The translations under genes and the position numbers were made by a program. From a virus, in the IMG/VR virus record IMGVR_UViG_3300045988_041703: 42,182 nt of DNA; one strand, written 5' to 3'. This document shows positions 8,370 to 16,133 of the stretch, in pieces (the stretch's first letter is position 1; every line of letters begins with the position of its first letter). Below the pieces are notes generated by a model that was not told the DNA's origin, made no database searches, and was given only the letters and a program-made list of their open reading frames with translations.

Positions 8370-9013
8370 CTGTTTTTGTTTTGCAATTCCATCAATCTTT
8401 CAAATTGATCCGGATACTGAACGGCAAGTTCCATCATTCTTACCATAGAATCAGCGGGAATATCAGGGTCTTGTTTGGTCACTGAAGGTAGAAACTCTTT
8501 TAATTCGGATAAATCGCTTTTTATATCTAACAAATGTCTATTTAAAACACCGTATTCATTATCGATATTATTATACTTATTGACTGGATTTTCAAAATTG
8601 AAATCATTATCTGTAAATGTTTTGATAGTTTCTTTAAGTTGGTCTTTGGCATTTACTACATCCGCGTATAATTCGCTGTAGTAAATTGTACGGTAAGTGC
8701 TAACATCAAAAGGGATATTCTCATCTTTGTTAATCATAGTAATTGTTGGTCTCTCTAGAGCGTGTCTGTAACCTAATTCATAAAATACGTTCGGGTTATG
8801 CGTACTCAAATCTACAATAACTAATTCAGAATTCGTTAATCCACCAATTATTTCATCAGTGATTTTATTGGTCGATGATATAAGGTCAGATCGTTGGATT
8901 TCAAAATCTGATTCTAAAGCAGGTTTTATGATGGATTGTAAAAGAAAATCAGAGTTTCTTCTTACTTTAGAATCATCAGTACCTATAGGGCAAGCAATGA
9001 AACATTTTTTCAA
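8363..9013 (-). CDS. DNPH1 / nucleoside 2-deoxyribosyltransferase-like (SLOG-fold) protein with C-terminal helical extension; antisense moron
   Basis: CFIACPIG...SELVIVDLSTHNPNVFYELGYRHALERPTITMI aligns by eye with the DNPH1/Rcl segment ADVVVAEVTQPSLGVGYELGRAVALGKPIL, which holds the catalytic Glu in YELG. Likely TTG start at 9013 (AGGAG-N8-TTG); the track GTG at 9022 overlaps the SD. Extended -10 TGTTATAAT upstream on the minus strand. Confidence 0.55.
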   Translation of the reverse strand: MKKCFIACPIGTDDSKVRRNSDFLLQSIIKPALESDFEIQRSDLISSTNKITDEIIGGLTNSELVIVDLSTHNPNVFYELGYRHALERPTITMINKDENIPFDVSTYRTIYYSELYADVVNAKDQLKETIKTFTDNDFNFENPVNKYNNIDNEYGVLNRHLLDIKSDLSELKEFLPSVTKQDPDIPADSMVRMMELAVQYPDQFERLMELQNKNSQ

Positions 9014-9037
9014 GTTATTCACTCCTAATCATATTTT

Positions 9038-9049
9038 TATTAATTATAA
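9038..9049 (-). promoter_or_regulatory. extended -10 promoter (TGtTATAAT) for the antisense gene 8363-9013
   Basis: Reverse complement of 9038-9049 reads ...ctgTTATAATta. Possible -35 TTGCCA at 20-nt spacing. Overlaps the RBS of the divergent rep gene. Confidence 0.4.
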
Positions 9050-9067
9050 CAGAAAGGAGATAAAAAA

Positions 9068-9838
9068 ATGGCAACATTTAGAACGATAAAAGAAAGTGGC
9101 GATTTTGTAACTGTGCATAAATCTTTTGTGTTCGATAGTAATTTAAGTGCTAAAGCTAAAGGGATATTATTGTATTTCCTGAGTCGTCCTGACAATTGGC
9201 AAATATACACGTCAGAAGTAGTTAAACATATGAATGATGGACAAAAATCAATCAATAGTGGCGTTCAAGAACTTATGGATAATAAATATGTTCACAGAAT
9301 ACAAAAAAGAGCTGAAAACGGTGTGTTTAAAGGTTTTGAATACTTAGTTTACGAAAAACCAACCGAAATGCCATTTTCGGAAAACGGATTATCGGCAAAC
9401 GGGTTTTCGGAAAACGGAAAAACGGAAAACCGAAAAGGGCGTACTACTAATAATAATAGTACTAATAATGATTTAACTAATAATAACAATACTAATAATG
9501 AAGGAAGTATATTGTCGGGCAACCCGACGGTGTCTTCCATTCCCTATAAAGAAATTATCGAATACTTAAATAAAAAAGCAGGAAAGCATTTTAAACATAA
9601 TACAGCTAAAACAAAAGATTTTATTAAAGCAAGATGGAATCAAGATTTTAGGTTGGAGGATTTTAAAAAGGTGATTGATATCAAAACAGCTGAATGGTTA
9701 AACACGGATAGCGATAAATACCTTAGACCAGAAACACTTTTTGGCAATAAATTTGAGGGATACCTCAATCAAAAAGTACAACCAACTGGCACGGATCAAT
9801 TGGAACGTATGAAGTACGACGAAAGTTATTGGGATTAG
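9068..9838 (+). CDS. replisome organizer / replication initiation protein (DnaD-like C-terminal domain)
   Basis: N-terminal phage replisome-organizer-like region, N/T-rich linker and DnaD-type C-terminus (YKEIIEYLNKKAGKHFKHNTAKTKDFIKARWNQ...FKKVID). Followed by the DnaC-like gene. Confidence 0.6.
   Translation: MATFRTIKESGDFVTVHKSFVFDSNLSAKAKGILLYFLSRPDNWQIYTSEVVKHMNDGQKSINSGVQELMDNKYVHRIQKRAENGVFKGFEYLVYEKPTEMPFSENGLSANGFSENGKTENRKGRTTNNNSTNNDLTNNNNTNNEGSILSGNPTVSSIPYKEIIEYLNKKAGKHFKHNTAKTKDFIKARWNQDFRLEDFKKVIDIKTAEWLNTDSDKYLRPETLFGNKFEGYLNQKVQPTGTDQLERMKYDESYWD
9365..9425. repeat. direct repeats ttttcggaaaacgg (x2) plus degenerate copies inside rep gene: candidate origin iterons
   Basis: ccattttcggaaaacggattatcggcaaacgggttttcggaaaacggaaaaacggaaaaccgaaaag. 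Protein-level repeat FSENG...FSENG. Origins inside initiator genes are a known phage arrangement. Confidence 0.4.
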
Positions 9839-9848
9839 GGGGGATATT

Positions 9849-10628
9849 ATGAAACCACTATTCAGTGAAAAGATAAACGAAAGTTTGAAAAAATATCAAC
9901 CTACTCATGTCGAAAAAGGATTGAATTGTGAGAGATGTGGAAGTGAATATGACTTATATAAGTTTGCTCCTACTAAAAAACACCCGAATGGTTACGAGTA
10001 TAAAGACGGTTGCAAATGTGAAATCTATGAGGAATATAAGCGAAACAAGCAACGGAAGATAAACAACATATTCAATCAATCAAACGTTAATCCGTCTTTA
10101 AGAGATGCAACAGTCAAAAACTACAAGCCACAAAATGAAAAACAAGTACAAGCTAAGCAAACAGCAATAGAGTACGTACAAGGCTTCTCTACAAAAGAAC
10201 CAAAATCATTAATATTGCAAGGTTCATATGGAACTGGTAAAAGCCACCTAGCATACGCTATCGCAAAAGCAGTTAAAGCTAAAGGGCATACAGTTGCTTT
10301 TATGCATATACCAATGTTGATGGATCGTATCAAAGCGACATACAACAAAAATGCAGTAGAGACTACAGACGAACTAGTCAAATTACTTAGTGAGATTGAT
10401 TTACTTGTACTAGATGATATGGGTGTAGAAAACACAGAACACACTATAAATAAACTTTTCAGCATTGTTGATAACAGAGTAGGTAAAAACAACATCTTTA
10501 CAACTAACTTTAGTGATAAAGAACTAAATCAAAATATGAACTGGCAACGTATAAATTCGAGAATGAAAAAAAGAGCAAGAAAAGTAAGAGTAATCGGAGA
10601 CGATTTCAGGGAGCGAGATGCGTGGTAA
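9849..10628 (+). CDS. DnaC/DnaI-like helicase loader (AAA+ ATPase) with N-terminal Zn-finger
   Basis: Walker A GSYGTGKSHLAYAIAK. Walker B DLLVLDDMG. N-terminal CERCGS...CKCE. Confidence 0.7.
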   Translation: MKPLFSEKINESLKKYQPTHVEKGLNCERCGSEYDLYKFAPTKKHPNGYEYKDGCKCEIYEEYKRNKQRKINNIFNQSNVNPSLRDATVKNYKPQNEKQVQAKQTAIEYVQGFSTKEPKSLILQGSYGTGKSHLAYAIAKAVKAKGHTVAFMHIPMLMDRIKATYNKNAVETTDELVKLLSEIDLLVLDDMGVENTEHTINKLFSIVDNRVGKNNIFTTNFSDKELNQNMNWQRINSRMKKRARKVRVIGDDFRERDAW

Positions 10629-10795
10629 TCACAAAACAAAATATAAAAGAAATATTACATTGTAGAGATGTATATGCTCAAAAGATGATTGATTTTGCAA
10701 ACGGAGACCAAGAGAAACTTAAAAAACTTATTGATGATAAGTTGAAAGAAAAAGAAGAAAGACCCGCAATCGTCGAATATTAAGGAGTGTTAAAA

Positions 10796-11017
10796 ATGCC
10801 GAAAGAAAAATATTACTTATACCGAGAAGATGGCACAGAAGATATTAAGGTCATCAAGTATAAAGACAACGTAAATGAGGTTTATTCGCTCACAGGAGCC
10901 CATTTCAGCGACGAAAAGAAAATTATGACTGATAGTGACCTAAAACGATTCAAAGGCGCTCACGGGCTTCTATATGAGCAAGAGCTAGGATTGCAAGCAA
11001 CGATATTTGATATTTAG
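10796..11017 (+). CDS. hypothetical protein (73 aa)
   Basis: ATG 10796 is 7 nt after AAGGAGTG. The track start is a GTG in the RBS. Confidence 0.5.
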   Translation: MPKEKYYLYREDGTEDIKVIKYKDNVNEVYSLTGAHFSDEKKIMTDSDLKRFKGAHGLLYEQELGLQATIFDI

Positions 11018-11027
11018 AGGTGGCACA

Positions 11028-11432
11028 ATGAGTAAATACAATGCTAAGAAAGTTGAGTACAAAGGAATTGTATTTGATAGCAAAGTAGAGTGCGAATATT
11101 ACCAATATTTAGAAAGTAATATGAATGGCACTAACTATGATCGTATCGAAATACAACCGAAATTTGAATTACAACCTAAATTCGGGAAACAAAGACCGAT
11201 TACGTATATAGCCGATTTCTCTTTGTGGAAGGAAGGGAAACTGGTTGAAGTTATAGACGTTAAAGGTAAGGCGACTGAAGTTGCCAACATCAAAGCGAAG
11301 ATATTCAGATATCAGTATAGAGATGTGAATTTAACGTGGATATGTAAAGCGCCTAAATACACAGGTCAAGAATGGATGGTATATGAGGACTTAGTGAAAG
11401 TCAGACGTAAAAGAAAAAGAGAAATGAAGTGA
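11028..11432 (+). CDS. DUF1064-family protein (putative nuclease)
   Basis: MSKYNAKKVEYKGIVFDSKVECEYYQYLE is the typical DUF1064 N-terminus of Staphylococcus phages. ATG 11028 follows AGAGGTGG. Confidence 0.5.
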   Translation: MSKYNAKKVEYKGIVFDSKVECEYYQYLESNMNGTNYDRIEIQPKFELQPKFGKQRPITYIADFSLWKEGKLVEVIDVKGKATEVANIKAKIFRYQYRDVNLTWICKAPKYTGQEWMVYEDLVKVRRKRKREMK

Positions 11433-11436
11433 TCTA

Positions 11437-11622
11437 ATGCAACAACAAGCATATATAAACGCAACGATTGATATAAGGATACCTACAGAAGTTGAATATC
11501 AGCATTTCGATGATGTGGATAAAGAAAAAGAAACGCTGGCAGATTACTTATATAACAACCCGAATGCATTACTAGAGTATGACAATTTAAAAATTAGAAA
11601 TATAAATGTAGAGGTGGAATAA
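11437..11622 (+). CDS. hypothetical protein (61 aa)
   Basis: Acidic small ORF, coupled. Confidence 0.45.
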   Translation: MQQQAYINATIDIRIPTEVEYQHFDDVDKEKETLADYLYNNPNALLEYDNLKIRNINVEVE

Positions 11623-11799
11623 ATGGCAAGAATTACCAAAGAAACAAAAACTGTAAGTGACGGTTATTCAAAAGAAGACCGCGAAACGACATTGAACTAT
11701 GATTACGAAAACCAAGAATGGATTGCTTACTCATCGGTGCCAACACATATTACTAGAATGACAAAGTTGTATGGTGACGATGTAGAGGTATTGGAGTAA
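11623..11799 (+). CDS. small hypothetical protein (58 aa)
   Basis: Not in the track. RBS GAGGTGGAAT then ATG (TAAATG coupling). Confidence 0.35.
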   Translation: MARITKETKTVSDGYSKEDRETTLNYDYENQEWIAYSSVPTHITRMTKLYGDDVEVLE

Positions 11800-12055
11800 T
11801 TAGAATCTGGGACTGCGGTATTAGTTAGGTCAAAACTACCTAAAAGCGCAATAGGATTTAGAAAATTAATGTCTGAAGAGCGACGACAAGAATTATCTGA
11901 GAGAGCAAAAAGAGCTTTTGGTCATTAGTGCTCATGAATATAGGGCGAAAAGCGACCAAAAAGACGCGCTAATACTTTTTAGGATAAATAACATCCGGAG
12001 TAAAAAACATGAGATTTAAAAATTTTAACACAGGATAAATGCAGAGGTGGAATGA

Positions 12056-12415
12056 ATGAGTATCGTAAAGATTAATGGTAAACCATATAAATTTACCGAA
12101 CATGAAAATGAATTGATAAAAAAGAACGGGTTAACTCCAGGAATGGTTGCAAAAAGAGTACGAGGTGGCTGGGCGTTGTTAGAAGCCTTACATGCACCTT
12201 ATGGTATGCGCTTAGCTGAGTATAAAGAAATTGTGTTATCCAAAATCATGGAGCGAGAGAGCAAAGAACGTAAATTGGAAAGACAGCGAAAGAAAGAAGC
12301 TGAGCTAAGAAGAAAGAAGCCACATTTGTTTAATGTACCTCAAAAACATTCACGTGATCCGTACTGGTTCGATGTCACTTATAACCAAATGTTCAAGAAG
12401 TGGCAGGAAGTATAA
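12056..12415 (+). CDS. hypothetical protein (119 aa)
   Basis: RBS GAGGTGGAATG. Basic helical C-terminus. Confidence 0.5.
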   Translation: MSIVKINGKPYKFTEHENELIKKNGLTPGMVAKRVRGGWALLEALHAPYGMRLAEYKEIVLSKIMERESKERKLERQRKKEAELRRKKPHLFNVPQKHSRDPYWFDVTYNQMFKKWQEV

Positions 12416-12669
12416 TGAGCATAATCAGTAACAGAAAAGTAGATATGAACAAAACGCAAGACAACGTTAAGCAACCTGCGCATTACACATACGGCGACAT
12501 TGAAATTATAGATTTTATTGAACAAGTTACGGCACAGTACCCACCACAATTAGCATTCGCAATAGGTAATGCAATTAAATACTTGTCTAGAGCACCGTTA
12601 AAGAATGGTCATGAGGATTTAGCAAAGGCGAAGTTTTACGTCGATAGAGTATTTGACTTGCGGGAGTGA
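12415..12669 (+). CDS. hypothetical protein (84 aa; DUF3310-like?)
   Basis: ATG 12415 overlaps the upstream stop (TAATG). HYTYGDIEIIDFI motif. Weak recollection of the DUF3310 family. Confidence 0.4.
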   Translation: MSIISNRKVDMNKTQDNVKQPAHYTYGDIEIIDFIEQVTAQYPPQLAFAIGNAIKYLSRAPLKNGHEDLAKAKFYVDRVFDLRE

Positions 12670-12917
12670 TGACCATGACAGATAGCGGACGTAAAGAATA
12701 CTTAAAACATTTTTTCGGCTCTAAGAGATATCTGTATCAGGATAACGAACGAGTGGCACATATCCATGTAGTAAATGGCACTTATTACTTTCACGGTCAT
12801 ATCGTGCCAGGTTGGCAAGGTGTGAAAAAGACATTTGATACAGCGGAAGAGCTTGAAACATATATAAAGCAACATGGTTTGGAATACGAGGAACAGAAGC
12901 AACTAACTTTATTTTAG
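12666..12917 (+). CDS. hypothetical protein (83 aa)
   Basis: ATGA-coupled ORF. Confidence 0.45.
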   Translation: MMTMTDSGRKEYLKHFFGSKRYLYQDNERVAHIHVVNGTYYFHGHIVPGWQGVKKTFDTAEELETYIKQHGLEYEEQKQLTLF

Positions 12918-12931
12918 AGGAGATGGAAATA

Positions 12932-13138
12932 ATGAAAGGCAAAGTTGAAAAAGAAGTGAATTTACCTGAACTTATCCAATGGGCTTGGGATAACCCCAAG
13001 TTATCAGGAAACAAAAGATTCTATTCAAATGATGTTGAACGCAACTGTTGTGTGACTTTTGATGTTGATAGCATCTTATGTAATGTGGCTGGATACGTAT
13101 CAATTAACGATAAATTTACTATTCAAGAGGAGATATAA
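12932..13138 (+). CDS. hypothetical protein (68 aa), short paralog of the next gene
   Basis: N-terminus MKGKVEKEVNLPELIQWAWDNPKLSGNKRFYS matches MKIKVKKEMRLDELIKWARENPDLSQGKIFFS of 13141-13545. ATG 12932 is 9 nt after GAGGAG. Confidence 0.45.
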   Translation: MKGKVEKEVNLPELIQWAWDNPKLSGNKRFYSNDVERNCCVTFDVDSILCNVAGYVSINDKFTIQEEI

Positions 13139-13140
13139 AA

Positions 13141-13545
13141 ATGAAAATCAAAGTTAAAAAAGAAATGAGATTAGATGAATTAATTAAATGGGCGCGAGAA
13201 AATCCGGATCTATCACAAGGAAAAATATTTTTTTCAACAGGATTTAGTGATGGATTCGTTCGTTTTCATCCAAATACAAATAAGTGTTCGACGTCAAGTT
13301 TTATTCCAATTGATATCCCCTTCATAGTTGATATTGAAAAAGAAGTAACGGAAGAGACTAAGTTTGATAGGTTGTTAGAGGTATATGAGATTCAAGAAGG
13401 AGTCTATAAATCCGCATTACACAAAGGTATCAGTTTGAACGAACGTTTTGAAGACGACAATATTTTTCCTACTAAAGCATTCTATATCTTAAACGATGAC
13501 ATGACGATGACATTGATTTGGAAAGATGGGGAGTTGGTAGAATGA
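13141..13545 (+). CDS. hypothetical protein (134 aa), long paralog
   Basis: Shares a 32-aa N-terminal module with the preceding gene. RBS GAGGAG. Confidence 0.5.
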   Translation: MKIKVKKEMRLDELIKWARENPDLSQGKIFFSTGFSDGFVRFHPNTNKCSTSSFIPIDIPFIVDIEKEVTEETKFDRLLEVYEIQEGVYKSALHKGISLNERFEDDNIFPTKAFYILNDDMTMTLIWKDGELVE

Positions 13546-13889
13546 TGTTGAAATTTAAAGCTTGGGATAAAGATAAAAAAGTTATGAGTATTATTGACGA
13601 AATCGATTTTAATAGTGGGTACATTTTGATTTCAACAGGTTATAAAAGTTTCAATGAAGTAAAACTATTACAATACACAGGATTTAAAGATGTGCACGGT
13701 GTGGAGATTTATGAAGGGGATATTGTTCAAGATTGTTATTCGAGAGAAGTAAGTTTTATCGAGTTTAAAGAAGGAGCCTTTTATATAACTTTTAGCAATG
13801 TAACTGAATTACTAAGTGAAAATGACGATATTATTGAAATTGTTGGAAATATTTTTGAAAATGAGATGCTATTGGAGGTTATGAGATGA
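13542..13889 (+). CDS. YopX-family phage protein
   Basis: MMLKFKAWDKDKKVM...QYTGFKDVHGVEIYEGDIV is the typical YopX signature. Confidence 0.55.
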   Translation: MMLKFKAWDKDKKVMSIIDEIDFNSGYILISTGYKSFNEVKLLQYTGFKDVHGVEIYEGDIVQDCYSREVSFIEFKEGAFYITFSNVTELLSENDDIIEIVGNIFENEMLLEVMR

Positions 13890-14194
13890 CGTTCACCTTA
13901 TCAGATGAACAATATAAAAATCTTTGTACTAACTTTAACAAGTTATTAGATAAACTTCACAAAGCATTAAAAGATCGTGAAGAGTACAAGAAGCAACGTG
14001 ATGAGCTTATTGGAGATATAGCTAAGTTAAGAGAGCGCAACAAAGATCTGGAGAAGAAAGCGAGCGCATGGGATAGGTATTGCAAGAGTGTTGAAAAAGA
14101 TTTAATAAACGAATTCGGCAACGATGATGAAAGAGTTAAATTTGGAATGAAATTAAACAATAAAATTTTTATGGAGGATGACACTAATGAATAA
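13886..14194 (+). CDS. hypothetical coiled-coil protein (102 aa)
   Basis: Heptad-rich sequence (KQRDELIGDIAKLRERNKDLEKK). Confidence 0.45.
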   Translation: MTFTLSDEQYKNLCTNFNKLLDKLHKALKDREEYKKQRDELIGDIAKLRERNKDLEKKASAWDRYCKSVEKDLINEFGNDDERVKFGMKLNNKIFMEDDTNE

Positions 14195-14435
14195 CCGCGA
14201 ACAAATCGAACAATCAGTTATCAGCGCTAGTGCATATAACGGTAATGACACAGAGGGATTGCTAAAAGAGATTGAGGACGTGTATAAGAAAGCGCAAGCG
14301 TTTGATGAAATACTTGAGGGTTTACCTAATGCTATGCAAGATGCACTCAAAGAAGATATTTATCTTGATGAAGCAGTAGGGATTATGACGAGTCAAGTGG
14401 TCTATAAATATGAGGAGGAGCAGGAAAATGACTAA
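14187..14435 (+). CDS. hypothetical acidic protein (82 aa)
   Basis: ATG 14187 is 9 nt after GGAGG. Confidence 0.45.
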   Translation: MNNREQIEQSVISASAYNGNDTEGLLKEIEDVYKKAQAFDEILEGLPNAMQDALKEDIYLDEAVGIMTSQVVYKYEEEQEND

Positions 14436-14964
14436 CACATTAACAATTGATCAGTTACAAGAGTTATTACAAATACAAAAGGAGTTCGACGATAGAATAC
14501 CAACTAGAAATTTAAATGACACAGTAGCTAGTATGATTATTGAATTTGTAGAGTGGATTAACACACTTGAGTTTTTTAAAAATTGGAAGAAACAACCAGG
14601 TAAGCCACTAGATACACAATTAGATGAGATTGCTGATTACTTAGCTTTCAGTTTGCAATTAACTTTGACTATTGTTGATGAAGAAGATTTGGAAGAAACT
14701 ACTGAGGTTATGGTTGATTTGATTGAAAATGAAGTTACTTTACCTAAACTACATTCAGTTTATTTTGTTCATGTAATGCATACACTAACAGAACAATTTG
14801 TAAAAGGTATTGATAATAGCATTGTACAAGTTTTAATAATGCCGTTTTTGTACGCCAATACTTACTATTCTATCGACCAACTCATTGACGCATACAAAAA
14901 GAAAATGAAAAGGAATCATGAAAGACAAGATGGAACAGCAGACGCAGGAAAAGGATACGTGTAA
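14428..14964 (+). CDS. dimeric (all-alpha) dUTPase-like protein
   Basis: MTNTLTIDQLQELLQIQKEFDDRIP... resembles dimeric Dut of Staphylococcus phages (phiNM1-type). The position before the late activator is typical. ATG 14428 follows GAGGAGGAG. Confidence 0.45.
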   Translation: MTNTLTIDQLQELLQIQKEFDDRIPTRNLNDTVASMIIEFVEWINTLEFFKNWKKQPGKPLDTQLDEIADYLAFSLQLTLTIVDEEDLEETTEVMVDLIENEVTLPKLHSVYFVHVMHTLTEQFVKGIDNSIVQVLIMPFLYANTYYSIDQLIDAYKKKMKRNHERQDGTADAGKGYV

Positions 14965-15000
14965 AGACATATTAGATCGAGTCAAGGAGGTTTTGGGGAA

Positions 15001-15207
15001 GTGACACAATACCTAGTCACAACATTCAAAGATTCAACAGGACGCAAGCATACACACATAACTAAAGCTAAGAGCAATCAAAGGTTTACAGTTGTTGAGG
15101 CAGAGAGTAAAGAAGAAGCGAAAGAGAGGTACGAGGCGCAAGTTAAAAGAGGTGCAGTTATTAAAGTGGGTCAGTTGTTTGAAAATATAAGGGAGTGTGG
15201 GAAATGA
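15001..15207 (+). CDS. hypothetical protein (68 aa)
   Basis: GTG start 9 nt after AAGGAGG. Confidence 0.4.
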   Translation: MTQYLVTTFKDSTGRKHTHITKAKSNQRFTVVEAESKEEAKERYEAQVKRGAVIKVGQLFENIRECGK

Positions 15208-15377
15208 TTAAGCAAATACTAAGATTATTATTCCTACTAGCAATGTACGAGTTAGGTAAGTATGTAACTGAGCAAGTATATATTATGATGACGGCTAATG
15301 ATGATGTAGAGGCGTCGAGTGACTTCGCAAAGTTGAGCGATCAGTCTGATTTGATGAGGGCGGAGGTGTCAGAGTAG
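15204..15377 (+). CDS. small membrane protein (57 aa)
   Basis: ILRLLFLLAMYEL hydrophobic helix. ATGA-coupled. Confidence 0.35.
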   Translation: MIKQILRLLFLLAMYELGKYVTEQVYIMMTANDDVEASSDFAKLSDQSDLMRAEVSE

Positions 15378-15779
15378 ATGTATAGCAAAGAGTCAATTGT
15401 TAATATGATAGGCACACATAAAATGAAGTGTAATGTATTAGCTGATGTAATACCGGAATATGATAGCAATTCAATTGCACAGTATGGCATACAAGCAACG
15501 TTGCCGAAACCACAAGGGGAAAACTCAAGTAAAGTTGAAGATGTTGTTGTGAGGCTTGAGAGAGCAAATAAAAGGTATGCTCAGATGTTAAAAGAGGTTG
15601 AGTTTATAAATCAATCGCAACAGAGATTGGGACACGTTGACTTTTGTTTCTTAGAGTTATTGAAGAAAGGTTATAACAGGGATGCGATTATCAAGAAGAT
15701 GCCTAACTCTAAATTAAATAGAAACAACTTCTTAGCGCGCCGTGATGAGTTAGCAGAAAAGATTTATCTACTACAGTGA
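15378..15779 (+). CDS. late-gene transcriptional activator (RinA/ArpU-like)
   Basis: About 130-aa protein immediately upstream of the terS region. C-terminal HTH-like segment (GYNRDAIIKKMPNSKLNRNNFLARRDELAEKIY). Family assignment uncertain. Confidence 0.45.
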   Translation: MYSKESIVNMIGTHKMKCNVLADVIPEYDSNSIAQYGIQATLPKPQGENSSKVEDVVVRLERANKRYAQMLKEVEFINQSQQRLGHVDFCFLELLKKGYNRDAIIKKMPNSKLNRNNFLARRDELAEKIYLLQ

Positions 15780-15818
15780 CGAAAATGACAAAAATGACAG
15801 AAATGACGAAAATGACAC
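15777..15818. repeat. 4.5 tandem copies of 9-bp unit tgacRRaaa directly after the activator gene
   Basis: tgacgaaaa tgacaaaaa tgacagaaa tgacgaaaa tgacac, seen directly in the sequence. Confidence 0.6.
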
Positions 15819-16047
15819 TATTTTTAAACTGTGAATTAATTTTATATAATTGATTTGTAAGAATTATCTTAAGACGTGGGGTAATAGCCACAACAGATGT
15901 TCTCATCGATGTGATTAAGAAGTGACAAACATATAAAAGATGATATGTTACGCTATTAATCACTTACTACCTGCCTATATGGTGGGTAGTTTAATTCTTG
16001 CATTTTGAGTCATAACTATTTTCCTCCTTTCACATTTATTGAACGTA

Positions 16048-16080
16048 GCTCCTGCACAAGATGTAGGGGCATTTTTTTAT
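16048..16080 (+). terminator. candidate rho-independent terminator upstream of terS
   Basis: Stem gctcctgca / tgtaggggc (9 bp with 2 G-U), loop caaga, then ATTTTTTTAT. Confidence 0.35.
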
Positions 16081-16133
16081 ATTTAAAATAACTAGAGTAA
16101 TTAACGTAAAGGCGTGTGATACAGTGAAAACAA

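Noticed and set aside
9349-9540. 63-aa minus-strand ORF inside the rep gene
   Set aside because: Mirror of the iteron and N/T low-complexity region. No SD.
10684-10850. Small ORF starting ATG 10684 between the DnaC-like gene and the 10796 gene
   Set aside because: On careful codon counting it runs out of frame into and across the SD and start of the 10796 gene, giving an Arg-rich nonsense product. No SD.
11800-12055. Possible small RNA or tRNA in the 250-bp non-coding stretch
   Set aside because: No cloverleaf-compatible stems or conserved tRNA boxes found by eye. Only tiny ORFs (12-19 aa). Left as an observation, not a feature.
15709-15963. 84-aa minus-strand ORF across the tandem repeats after the activator gene
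   Set aside because: Product is a translation of the repeat array (VIFVIFV...). No RBS. The region is more plausibly regulatory.
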